A stretch of 64,000 bases of DNA from Camelus ferus. Its lineage: Eukaryota. Location: positions 2,730,001-2,794,000 of the forward strand of contig NC_045698.1 in NCBI RefSeq assembly GCF_009834535.1, given 5' to 3'. Of the stretch, positions 24,106 through 36,265 are shown piece by piece (position 1 is the first letter of the stretch; every line of letters starts with the position of its first letter). The position numbers and the translations under genes were made by a program. The notes beneath the pieces were generated by a model, which had not been told where the DNA came from, did not search any database, and saw nothing but the letters and a program-made list of their open reading frames with translations.

Positions 24106-24111
24106 GTGACT

Positions 24112-24525
24112 ATAAGTTGTAAGTTGAATTTTCTTTCCCCAAAGTGATATGTTCAAGTCCTCACCCCCAGCGCCTGTGAAGGTGACCTTGTTTGGAAAGA
24201 AGGTCTTTGCCAATGCAACCAAGTTAAAACGAGGTCAACAGGGAGGGCCCGACCCACTATGACCAGGGTCCTGCTAGGAAGCGGGCGTTTGGGCACAGCC
24301 GGCACTCAGGGAGAGCTCATGTGGCTGTGAAGGCGGAGACGGGTGGTACTTCCAGAAGCCAAGGGACACCCAAGATTCCCGGGAGAGGGACCTGGAAGGA
24401 GTTCTCCCCGCGGGCTCAGAAGGAGCAGCCGGGCCGGCACCTGTGCTGGCCTTCCGGCCTCCGGAACAGCGTTGTTCCCATCACCCAGTCTCCGGTGCTC
24501 TTACCGCCAGCCCTGGAAACAAGAC
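24112..24525 (+). mobile_element. MLT1B/C-like LTR
   Basis: ATATGTTCAAGTCCTCACCCCCAGCGCCTGTGAAGGTGACCTTGTTTGGAAAGAAGGTCTTTGC is the classic MLT1 5' region; ends CAGCCCTGGAAACAAGAC. Confidence 0.85.
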
Positions 24526-26727
24526 CCTGGGGCTGCCGTCCTGTCATGTTTGCAGTTCTGCCCGCCCCCAAAGAGAGGGGGTTACACTGAGCAGGCCCAC
24601 CATGGTCAGGACTGCGGGGCCACCGTGGGGCTCCTCCCAGCAGTGCAGTCTCCCTAACTCACGGCCACACTCTCTCCTTCCTCGGCCCCAAGCAGGACAT
24701 GCAGGGCAGGGCTGCCCTCGACGCAGTGGCGATGCCACTTAGTCTGTTCCATGTGACTCAAACCATCGAGTGCGTGCTGTTCAGTAATCCATGGAACATT
24801 CCTCAGCCCCAGTTTTCTCATCTGTAGAATTAGAGGCTTGAGGTCAGTGATCCCTGAAGTCCTTTATTTTCTGAAATCCCACTTTATTCTTTTTGCAGGG
24901 TTACGTGCAGGGACTTGGTTAAGGTTGGTCTCCATGCAGACTTGAGGCCAGCCTTGCCTCTTTGAGGTTTTGTAGCTGTGTTCTGTGTAACTGGCTTGCC
25001 AACATTCAGATTATTGGATAAACAAGACATTACCTCACTTGGTTTTATTGGATAGGGTGTATAATTAACCCTTTTTAATAGGAATAGAGACAGGCTAGCT
25101 TATCTTATGAGCATCTTTGAGTAAACTCTCCCCATGGGTTGAATCTTTGGTTCTGACCTGACTTGGTAGAGAAAATGGAAAAAAAAAAAAAGAGTAATTG
25201 AAATCTTTTCAGTGTAAATGTCACTTCAGGCTCATAATTCTACCTCCTTCTTACCATTCCAGTTAATAAAGTATGTCTTACACATTTCCTTTTTTTCATT
25301 TTTAAGGACTCATTTCTGTGCTAGGAAAAAAAAAAAAGCTCTTATTCTGTCTAAAATATAGTTTTCAGTCCATTAAGAAAATATTTCTGGTTTTAGTTAT
25401 AAATGAATTCAAAGGGCTTTGCTTTATAGCAATTAAGTCACCTCCTTGAATATGAAAAAAATAAAATAAAACCAGTTTTTCTCTCTGAACATTCTGTGCA
25501 CTATGCGGCTTCTAGACATGTTTTAACTTTATTATAAATCTTAGAACACGCTGGGGAAACAACTGGAAAATCCAAATCTCGAACAACAACAACAAAACAC
25601 ATCAATCATTGAACGTTCGTCTGTTCATATGCCTCTTAAATAGAATTCATGTACCACTTTCTAAGAGAAAGATAACTGGTATGGATGGGTCTGTGGTTTT
25701 AAAAAATACAGCCTTTGAAAACATAGAATGCCGCTTTTCATAGAGGAGTTACAAGACAGCCGCAATCACTTCAAAAAGACTTTTCTCCGTATTTTCTCAG
25801 TTCGAAAGCACCAATTCCAGAATCGCTTATGAAATCCTTTTCTCTTTCAACGAAGGCTGTCTTCTAGGAATTCCAGCTGGTGATGTTTTCTACCCCAGGA
25901 TGCTCAGAGAAGGCGGCTGCCGCGAGTAGATGTCTGTGCAGACCTGATGAAGTTGTGTTAGACCGAGGGCCACGACACTGCTTCTCCTGCGTCAGAGGAT
26001 TTCTTTCTGGGTCCCCTGAACTTGGAATTTCCCTTTCAAACGTCCATTAATTCCTATTAGGGAGTTACTAGTAAAGAAAATTGCATGTTAGCTTTTATCA
26101 ATCTGTATGAATAAATGTTAACCATTCTCAGTTAAAAGCCCTCCTTTTTAGCCCCACTCGTGTGCAGACAGCCAGAGCAGGGAGCGCACCAGCAAATCAT
26201 CCGGAAGCTGAGCGCGCTCAAGCCTGCACAGAGCCTCGGGGACGGGTGTTAGCATTATGGATTTTAATTTGAAATAATGTCAGTCTTTTCAGGCCTCCAT
26301 TGTAGAGCATGAGCCGCCATCTGCTTATAATAATGAGTCTGACAATCCACGTAAATGTGATTTGCTGCCCCTTTTGCCAACGTAATGGCCGGGACATTGA
26401 TCCTAATGGTGGAGCCGTTGCAGGCATTTCATTCAATAGGAAGAGGACAGACCCGGAGCCGAGTGAAGATGCAGGTGGAGCAGCAGTGAAGCACAGAAGC
26501 GAGCTTCCCCACCGGGCAGCGATGTGATGCACCCACAGTGATCATCGTCTCCATCCTTTCTCAGTATTTCAGTACAACTCAAAGTACAGTCACCCAAACT
26601 ACTGGGGAAGACCAGAGCCGTGTCAAGATGCTGGACTGCTCCTGCCGTCCATTCCTCACTGGAACGTTCGAGATGGGAGCTGCCAAACTGTCTAACTCCA
26701 AGGTGCTCCGTGGTCCAGCTACACCTT

Positions 26728-27368
26728 AGATTGCTGTCCAGCATGGTGGTTACTAGCCACACATGTCTATTTACACTTCATGTAAATTAAATGAAATTAA
26801 AAATGGAGTTCTTCAACTTTAAAGTGCACATGTACCCCCATGACCACAGAAGCATTACTTGCAATAGCCAAGAGTTGGAAGCAGTCCAAGTGTCCATCAG
26901 CAGGTGAATGGATAGACAGGTGCACGCAGTATAGACGTGCAAGGGAATATTACTCAGCCTGTAAAAGGAAGGACATTCTGATACACATTACAGCATGGAT
27001 GGAGCCTGAGCGTACACATTACACTGAATGGAAGAAGCCAGTCACAAAAGAATACATATCGTGAACTCCACTTACATGAGGTACCTAGACTAATCGCTTA
27101 ATAGGAACAGAGTTCCTATTTTTTACAAGATGAAATCATGTCTGGAGATGGGTAGTGGTGATGGTTGCATGAAAATGACCAAAGTACTTGATGTCACTGA
27201 ACTGTACACTTAAAAAGGGTGAAAAGGAGACATTCTAAGTCATGCATATTTTACCCTCATTTAAAACATTTAGTTCCCCGTTTTCCCCACAGCCACCTGT
27301 GGCTAGTGGCTGCTGTCCTGGATGACACAAATAGACCATTTTCATCACCACAGAAGGTTCTGCAGATG
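26728..27368. mobile_element. MER3/MER33-like hAT element interrupted by an L1
   Basis: TACTAGCCACACATGTCTATTT...AAATTAAAAATGGAGTTC (26728-26815) resumes as CAGCCACCTGTGGCTAGTGGCTGCTGTCCTGGA...TTTCATCACCACAGAAGGTTCT (27265-27368). Confidence 0.7.
26816..27265 (+). mobile_element. L1MB-like ORF2 end and 3' UTR
   Basis: ORF 26840-27064 gives ALLAIAKSWKQSKCPSAGEWID..EYYSACKRKDIL (L1 ORF2 C-terminus). 3' UTR ends CACTGAACTGTACACTTAAAA...ATATTTTACCCTCATTTAAAA. Confidence 0.88.
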
Positions 27369-29718
27369 TTGTCACCTCAGAGGAAGGCTGCTGGGGTCCA
27401 GGCGGGAGGAGGGAGTGCCTGAGCCGTGGGATGAAGCGGCTGCAGCAGGAGTCCTGTGGTCTGCAGCCCTGTGCGTGCCCGAATTGGGGCAGAAACTACC
27501 ACCAACCATATTCATGCACTAGGGACATAGCTGATAAAACGGGGGTTGACCATCTGGGCTTGCATTGCTTCTGCGTTTTCTGTGATGCGGTTTTCACTTT
27601 CAGTGCAATTTAGCTGGTACCACCACGGACATTGCGGGTCCCTCCCGAGTCTCCTCCTCTCATCTTCCCAACTGCATGAAAGGCTCTTCAGGGCGAAGCC
27701 TGAACATCAGAGCAAACATAGCCAGAGTGGCCTGTGCCATTTGAATCACAGAAGCGACCTGTAGATGCACATTCACAGAGGGAAGAGCCCAGCCCATTAA
27801 TCACGGGATGTGGATGAACAAGTAGGAGGCGTGAAACAGAGGTGGGCATGGGGACCCGTTTCTGCGGGTCTGTAGGCCCTCTGCTTCTAGCCTGTGTGGG
27901 TCCCTTGACATCCAGTGACGTCAGCGTGCTCTTGTGATCCCAAGTATCCCCGAGTAAGGGATTCTTTTCTGATTTGCTCTAGAGGAAAAATGTACCCAAA
28001 AACAGAGCATCGTAGAAGTGCCCCGGATGGAGCCACGGGACGGCCTGACTTGGCGCTTCAGTATTCATTAACTTTCCCTCAAGTTTAACTCAGCTTCTGT
28101 CCTGACAATCGTACATAGTAATGTCGCTTGCCAATTTATTTAGAAATAAAGGACTATATCACTGGACCGGCCCTTTTGAAATGTGGAAAGTATCCCTGTC
28201 TTGAGCACAATTAGCACGAGTCAGGTGGATGCTGAGTGCCTTTCCCACAGTGCGAGCTGCTCACACTACTGCTCTTGCAAATGTTCTTTGCACGTGAGCA
28301 ATTTATTTCACCCTTTTCTCAGTTATAATGTTAAGAACATAAATAATTGCAGAGGTTCAGTCCTCAGTGTGGTTGATTCAGGGACAGAAATACTGTCTCC
28401 CAATGATTGGAAGCTAAGAATATTTGTATTTTTCAAATTTATTTTATTTTCATCAGTCTTGAGAACGTTTGCTAATTAAAAATGTGTATCTACTAAATTT
28501 CTTGAATTTTTACCCTTTTGTATATTTATGCCATTCTAATCGCCACCCCACTCATCCAATTTTTATGTTAATTTTTATTAGTCAGGAGAATATTCAAGGC
28601 AAGCTCTCTTTTTTAAATTGCATTTGCGTTGCCTTTCTTTGCCATTGCTCTTATTGCCATTAATAAAAGTAATTCAGCTAGACTTTACTGAGCATATTGA
28701 GATCATCGTTTTGATTCCAGAAACTAGATTATAGAGGAAATCTGAATACATAGATATAAAAACCAAAACTCCTACATGATCTAATATCAAAAATTCAAGT
28801 GAACTGTGGAGATTCTCAGCAGGAAGCGGAACAGAAGGGGCGGAGAACCAAGGAAGTAGAAGGGCTGCTGAGGGCTGGTGGTGGTCTGCGGGGCTGAGCG
28901 GGAAGCAGGCCGTGGGGGACACCAGACCCTGCCAACAGCGCGCGGCAGGTGCAGAGTCTTGGGAGACACAGGCTATTTATGCCGTTATAAGAAACACACC
29001 CTGATATAGGTTTGGATCTGAAATGTATCTCTTGGGAGACAAAGTGGATGTGTTTTTATGAATTAAAATCCTAGATACAGGATGCAGACTAGGCTCCAGG
29101 TATAAGGGTCATCACTTGGAAGTACCTGGTGAGGACTTGGAAAGGTGAATCTGGACTTCGATGCACCGTAAGGGCAGATACGGTGACCAGCTGGTCGAGA
29201 GGTGCTGGCTCAGGGCTGGGGGGAGGGGGCTTCCCAGGGGGACAGGAAGGCAAGAAATGAGGAGAACTCGGGGAGTGCTGGGGGACCAGGGATGGAAGGA
29301 ATTACCAGTGAGGCAGAGGGAAACACCGGGTGTGGTCATTGCAGAGATGGAAGGAAGAAGTTGCCCACATGCTCGGTGTTTAGGAGATCAGGAGAAGCTG
29401 GGAGGAGGACCACACATAAGACTGATTTCTCTGTTGGAAACTGGGACTGCTGACCTTCGAGAGCAGCTCTGAGGAAGGGTGCACTCAGGGACGTCCCTCC
29501 CTTCTGTGTCTGTTTTAAGTACACGCCGCCCAACTGTGGTGTGGAAGTTTACCCAGTGGCCCATTCCTATGCAAACGCCTTATCTCATTCCACAGAAACC
29601 AGTCAGAAAACCTACTCTAGAAATACAAACTTTAAAGTTTACTTTTCCAGAATAGTGTCACCACCATGTGAATCACAGATTGCATTGATTTTCTTATTCT
29701 GCACTGGAGAATTTGCTA

Positions 29719-29786
29719 TTGAAAAAATAAATGCACGTGTAAGTGGACTCACGCAGTTCAACCCCAAGGGGTTCGAGGGTCAGCTG
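29719..29786. mobile_element. Tigger2/MER8-like terminal fragment
   Basis: GTAAGTGGACTCACGCAGTTCAACCCCAAGGGGTTCGAGGGTCAGCTG resembles the Tigger2 terminal inverted repeat region. Confidence 0.7.
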
Positions 29787-31784
29787 CAATATTAACACAA
29801 CAATAACAACAAAGCCAAGCCCTTATGCACGCAGCAAGGAAAAGCGCTGAGCTTTCAGTCAGTCGCAGTAATGCCATGCAAGGGCCCCAACTTGGGGAAC
29901 GCTGCTGTCAGTGTCCATGAAGCTGCTCTGGCCACTAGGCTGTCACCAAATGGGCCACAGAAAGGGAATCTAACACGCAGCTCTCGCTGTTGGGTTTCAC
30001 TCTTCTAAGTGCAGAACCTTCCAAAGGCTCTTTCTAAATAAAGTGGGCGTGAAAGACTTGTAACCTTCTGCAAAGTGAAACCCTAAGGAAAAGATCATCT
30101 TGCGTTAAAATTCGAAAGAAAAGTGTGTGCATAGTGAAGTTGACTCAGTTGTGCACTTTTTCATTGAGGAAAAAAGATAGAGCTGAGTTTGGTGGTGTTT
30201 GGATCCGTCACTGGATGAACTCAACGAATGACAGTGTCTGGTAAGGATGAACACATCCAGCTTCGAAAGAAGGCGTCCCTTGGCAGCCCGAGGGTCTAAT
30301 TCTGGAGAGTTCTGCATGTGCTCCTAGAAGTGCCGATCACCGCGTGACCTGAAACCCGAAAGTGAATTAGCCTTTGATTTGCAGCTGTTTTCACACTTCA
30401 GAGACAGCATTTCCTCATGTGAAAGAGACTTGCGCTGTGGGAAAATCCAGGAAGCAACCTGTCCTTGACTAGTTCACAGAGTATTTGTGGAGCAGGCAAC
30501 ATGTTGGGGGAGAGCGGAGCATGGGACTGGGGTGGGATGGCAGCAGGAGAGGAAGCATCAAGGTGCCACCACCAAGCAACGGGTGCTCCGGATCTCTGTG
30601 GGGTGTGCGAGGAAGGTGACAGGACACAGAGGGACCCAGTGCTGAGGCGGCCTCTCTGAGGAGCTGCCTTGTGGACTCTGAGTGACCACAATGACCGGGA
30701 CAAACAGGTCTTGGGACAGAGCTATTTGGCAGAAGGGTCAGTGTGTGTTCTTCCATTTCTAGGCCCCACCCCTCAGAATCTTGCCCAGAATCCTTCATGG
30801 AATGTTGCTTACATAGGGTTGACTCTAAGTCTGGCGTCTAAAGCTGGCCAATGGGAAGTGGGTGGACATTAATGGGGACCTCTGGACTGAGGATCGAGTC
30901 CTCAGAGGTCATCCTCCCTGTTCTGCCCCTACCCAGCTGGGGGACTGCAGTCAGTCTCCCCACTCTGGGGCTCCATCTCCTCACAGAGACAGTGAAATGG
31001 CACATTAGAAACCCCCACCCCCAAGTCTTTTCTAGACCCCTGTGCTTCCGTCTTTTACAGCTCGACCAAGCATGTGACATGTCTTATCCTGGCATCCTTT
31101 TGTCTTGATTGTTTTAGACACACTTTACAAAAAAGAAATTAATTTTTTGTTTGTTTTGTTTCCCTAAAGAGGTCATTGTCTCCCTCCCCTCAAAAAATGT
31201 CTACTCAGTAAATGTTAAAATAGAATGCCTTTTATGTTAAATCTTTGTAATGAGTTTGAATAAAGTTTTACTATCCAATAGTCCCAGCCAGCCCTTTTTT
31301 ACAAGAGCATTCTCATTACCTAGATTTTATTGCCAAGAAATGAAAAAAAGGAAATTGTAGATATTTAGGGGGGAAAATTTACTTTTAATAATGTCAAGTC
31401 CTTTTTATAATTGAGATGTCAGAATTTATAATTGAACTGTGTAATCAGAGGGTCAGATAAAATTTCTACAGGTCCAATTATAGCTGATGCCTATTTTAAA
31501 CACTGTGAATATTCTGGGGAATTATTTTCACCCCCTTGTAAGACTTTTGAGACATTAGCTCACCACAGCATTCAGCCACCTGCCAAGCACTTTATTGGTC
31601 TCTCTAACCACCCAACATAATCGTCAAGGTTCCTTTTGAATAAAATTCCAGGCATCGGATGATAGAAAATAGCATTAAGGTGCTGGAAGAGACTAGTCAA
31701 GGTACAGCTATGGAGAACAGACTAGCTGAGCCCTAGAGAAGACAGGGGGAAAGGGGACACAGACCTCTGGCTGGACACTGCAGT

Positions 31785-31942
31785 GGGTTTTACATCATTT
31801 AATTTAATGCTTTACACATCCTGCAGGGTGGTGACCAACGTTCGTTTTGCTCGTGAAGGCATTAAGATGCTGGGGAGTTAAATCAATCAGAGCCACAGAG
31901 CCAGTGCTTAGGAGGACCTGGGTTCCAATCTCATCTGTCCTA
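31785..31942 (-). mobile_element. MIR remnant
   Basis: CATCATTTAATTTAATGCTTTACACATCCTGCAGGG...CACAGAGCCAGTG...CTGGGTTCCAATCTCATCTGTC. Confidence 0.5.
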
Positions 31943-32879
31943 TTGTGTTTACAGTAGTTTCCTCTGCTATAAAATTACCTTCCTTGGGGCTAAGCCTACA
32001 GAGATGAGCACACTTCTGGTGCTGAGAGTTGCTGCAGCGAAGATCTAAGCGATTTGTACAGCAGGCTGTGAGCGCCTGGACCCTAACTTCTCCTTTATTC
32101 AAACACATTGGCAGTGAATGCACCCTGGCTTCTCCAGTTATTCTGAACTAAAGACCCTGAAGATAAGCCCTCCTCCATGGCAATGACCATGAATCGCGGG
32201 TGGATTCAAACAAAAGAACTTAATTACTTCAGACTTCTTGGATGTTGGCATTGTGTGAGGAGATGGCGCACAAATAGCACTCTTGCTGATTTGGAATTCT
32301 TTATTTCTACTTTTCATCTAATGCTCCCAAAGCAACCCAAAATCTCTCCAAAAAGTGATCTCAAACTTAGCCCAATAAGAGTGCAGTTTTTTTTTTTAAT
32401 ATGAACTTATAAAACATTGATTAAATAGCCAGTGTGATTACAGTATAAATGGTGCTGAAGAATTCTTTGCTCATGAATCAAGAAATTATTTCTTATATGA
32501 TGTGTCCCTTCAAGGTCTTAAACTTTACCCCTGTGGTTGACCAGATATTCACCAATTTCATTCAAAATCTTGTAGACAATTTGACCGTATGTGCAACAGT
32601 CTGCCTTTAGGTCAGATACCAATCCAGACTTCTTTACCATATAGCTGGCTACCCCAAGGTGGTCAGGAAATATTAAAATCTAAGGTGAAGAACCATTTAT
32701 CTGAGGTTCTTAAGATAAAATTCTACTTAAAAGAAGCTTATATCATTTCCATGTTGTATCAAAATTATTTGGTTTCTCATTACATCAAGGATCAGTAAAG
32801 ATAGATAAGAGCTACATCTTTAAACAAGGACCTTAAGAAGCCTCTCCTGGTCTGTGTCTATCCTGGCTCTGTGCAAGGT

Positions 32880-33110
32880 GTCTATGTACAGTGTTAAGTC
32901 TCACAGTACCAAGCAAAGTGCCTGGGACACAGAAAGCCATCAATGAGAAGCAATTAATACATGCTGTTGAGTAAACACATGAATGGGAAGCCTTGAAAGT
33001 AGGTACTTCTTCCCTGTTTAACAGATGACAGCAAGACCCAGAGAAGTAAGCAAGCTGTCTGAGGTTGTCTAATGAGGGTCCCAACAGGACGTTGAGCCCA
33101 AATTGTCCAA
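32880..33110. mobile_element. L2 3' tip followed by a MIR remnant
   Basis: AAAGTGCCTGGGACACAG...TTAATACATGCTGTTGAGTAAACACATGAATG, then CCCTGTTTAACAGATGACAGCAAGACCCAGAGAAGTAAGCAAGCTGTCTGAGGTT. Confidence 0.5.
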
Positions 33111-33931
33111 CTTTTATTTTAATCCTCTACCTACTTCAAGGAGAATGTTCTTATTGACAATATCCATGCCTTTATTGATATTAGCAGAGTTTTAAATGAA
33201 CATTTTAATCATAATTATACTATGTCAAATTGGACTTTGAAGTCATTGATCAGGATTTTCAAGATCTGTTGAAATAAAAATTCAGATAATGACATGTATC
33301 TGAATTAAGGCAGTTCTGACTTAAGGCAGATCTGAGGCCTCGATTCCAGTCCCAAGTTACTAGCAGAGTTCCTCTTTCCTTTATTCTTTCTTAGGAGCTG
33401 GATATGCTGAAATTTCCTTGGGAAATCTGAGCTAGGATGCGTCATTTATTCAAAAAAATATGCTAGGAGAGTCCCATGTGGAAGTTACTATACAGGGTCC
33501 TGGGTTCCCAGGGACTGAACGTTAAGGATGGCTCTGGACGTTGGCAGCTGGGGTCCCAGAAATGTTTTGCTCTATATCCGAATCCTCAACGTTCGAATTC
33601 CAGCAGCAACTAAACCCAGGATTCTTTGAGGATTTCAGAACTCTCCCGTCACGCCGTCTTGTATGGCGTGGAGGAAACCAGCTCTCCCGAGGGGCAGCCT
33701 CAGGTTCTCATGTCGCTCAAATGCTTGTCATGGCTGCTCGGCGGCTGTGACTGGTTCCCGATGTGCAAAGAGAGTGAGATTAAGCTGCGCTTTGAAGTGG
33801 TTCTAGTTCTTCCTACAGTTGCTCTAGGACAGTGGGTTTAGGGATGTTTGTTTGTACGCATGTGTGTTTTAGTTACTGAAACCTGTTTTAAGATATTAGA
33901 GTACAAAGATACTGAATTACATATCAGAGTA

Positions 33932-34015
33932 TAAAAGAAGGAGGAGGAGGAGGGAGAAAAGGAAGAAGAGGAAAAGAAGAGGGAGAAGAGTGAAAAGGAG
34001 CGGGCGGAGGGGGCA
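33932..34015. repeat. Purine-rich low-complexity tract (GGA/GAA)n
   Basis: AAAAGAAGGAGGAGGAGGAGGGAGAAAAGGAAGAAGAGGAAAAGAAGAGGGAGAAGAG, seen directly. Confidence 0.8.
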
Positions 34016-34489
34016 ATGTCTTGCCTTTGGCTGTATGGGATCCAGAGCAGGTGCCCCGGAATCCTGCTCAGTTAGTCCCACGCTGAGTCATCCCCTTCCC
34101 ACGGAGGCCCTGAAGGGGCTGAGCTCCAGCACAGTTTAAAACCACTCCCCAGGGCTTTGAAATTCAGAAAGGACCCCTTATTTGCACCCTACACTGATCT
34201 TATGCCCATCAAACAAGTATCATCTAATAAGAAAATGGAGCAGGGTACGCAGTCTCCTCCTGCCCCACTCTTCCAGAATCCACAGTTTCATCAACTAGGA
34301 AAAAAAAAAAAAACAGACTGCCAACAAGTGGCCAGATTAAGTACCAGATTACAACCATGCATTTGTTTAAAAACCTAAGGATTTTACAACATTCATTTTA
34401 CTGTAGTAACAGCAGTAGTGATCCAACAGTGCTAGTGGTTCTCGTTAAACTGGAACTGCCTCCCATTTTTTTTTGTAAATTAAAATTGT

Positions 34490-36265
34490 TCATTTTTATT
34501 GAAGTGTAGTTGATTTACAATGTTATATTAGTTTCAGGTGTACAGCATAGTGATTCAGTGTTTTTAATAGATTATAACCCATTAAAAGTTATTACAAAAT
34601 AATGGCTATAATTCCCTGTGCTCTACAATATAGCCTTGTTTCTTATCTGTTTGCCTATCAATTTTATACATATTAGTTTGCCTCTCTTAATCCCCCATGC
34701 ACCTATCTTGCCCCTCACCCTTTCCATCTCCCCACTGGTAACCATTAGTTTGTTTTCTATATCTGTGAGTTTGTTTCTGTTTTGCAATATGCATTTCTTT
34801 GCTTTATATTTAGATTATACAAGTGATATCATAGAGTATTTGTCTTTCTCTGATCTACTTCATTAAGCATAATATTCTCTAGGTCCATCCATGTTGCTAC
34901 AAATGGCAGGGTTTCATTCTCTTTTATGGTTGAGTATGTGTATTTATATATATATATATATATGTATATGTGCGTGTGTAAGTTGGAATATATATATGCC
35001 ACATCTTCTTTATCCAGTCATATATTGACGGACACTTGGTCTGCTTCCATATCTTAGCTGTTGTAAATTGTGCTGCTATGAACATTGAGGGGCATGCATC
35101 TTTTTGAATTATTGTTCTTGTTCTGTTCTGGATATATACCCAGGAGTGGAATTGCTGGGTCATATAGTAGTTTTATTTTCAGTTGTTTGAGGAACCTCCA
35201 TTCTGTTTTCCATAGTAGCTACAACAATTACATTCCCATCAACAGTATATAAGGGTTTCCTTTTTTCCACATTCTCACCAACATTTGTAATTTTTAGACA
35301 TTTTAATGCTAGCCATTCTGACAGGTGAGAGGTGATATTTCATTGCTGTTTTGATTTTCATTCCTTAATAATCAGCGATAGGCATGTTTCATGTGCCTTT
35401 TAGCCATCTCTATGTATTCTTTTGAAAAATGTCTATTCAGGTTTTAACTCCATTTTTGACTGGGTTCATTTCTTTGATATTGAGCTGTATGAGTTGTTTA
35501 TATATTTTGGATATTAACTCCTTGTCAGTCACATCATTTGCAAATATTTTCTCTCAGTTTGTAGATTGTCTTTTTATTTTGTCAGTGGTTTCCTTTGCTG
35601 TGCAAAAACTTTTGTTTAATTAGGTCCCATTTGTTTACTTTTGCTTTTATTTATTTAGACTTAAGAGACAGATCAAAAATATTGCTATGAATCATATTAA
35701 GGTGTGTTCTGCCCATGTTCTCTTCTAGGAGCTTTGTGGTTTCAGATCTTACATTTAGATTTTTAATCAATTTCATGTTTATTTGTGTATATGGTGATAG
35801 AGAATGTCCTAATTTCAGTCTTTCACAGGCAGCTGTCCAGTTTTCTCAGCACCACTCACTGAAGAGACTGTCTTTTCTCCATTGTATATTACTGCCTCCT
35901 TTGCTGTAGATTAATGACCATAAGTGAGTGGTTTTATGTCTGAGCTGTCTATTCTGCTCTGCATATCTGGGTCTGTTTTTGTGCCAGCACCATACTGTTT
36001 TGATTACTATGTCTTTGTAGTGTAACCTGAATTTTGAGAGGGCAATACCTTCAGGTTTGTTCTTTTTTCTCAAGATTGCTCTGGCAATTCAGGGTCTACT
36101 GTGATTCCATATAAATGCTAGGATTATTTGTTCTAGTTCTGTGAAAAATGTCATGGATGCTATTTTGATAGGGATTGCATTAAATCTGTATATTGCTTCT
36201 GGCAGTATGGCCATTTTAACAGTGTTAACTCCTCCAATCCAAGAGCACAAATATCTTTTCATTTT
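34490..36265 (-). mobile_element. 5'-truncated lineage-specific L1 (~1.8 kb; ORF2 C-terminal part and 3' UTR)
   Basis: Minus ORFs 34924-35163 (IQKDACPSMFIAAQFTTAKIWKQTKCPSIYDWIKKMWHIY) and 35846-36073 (RKKNKPEGIALSKFRLHYKDIVIKTVWCWHKNR...IQWRKDSLFSEWC) are L1 ORF2. The 3' end lies at about 34490. Confidence 0.95.

Noticed and set aside
30165..30240. Exon-like frame RKKDRAEFGGVWIRHWMNSTNDSV ending at GTAAGG
   Set aside because: No convincing upstream acceptor, and its phase is incompatible with the open frame of the 40128 exon.
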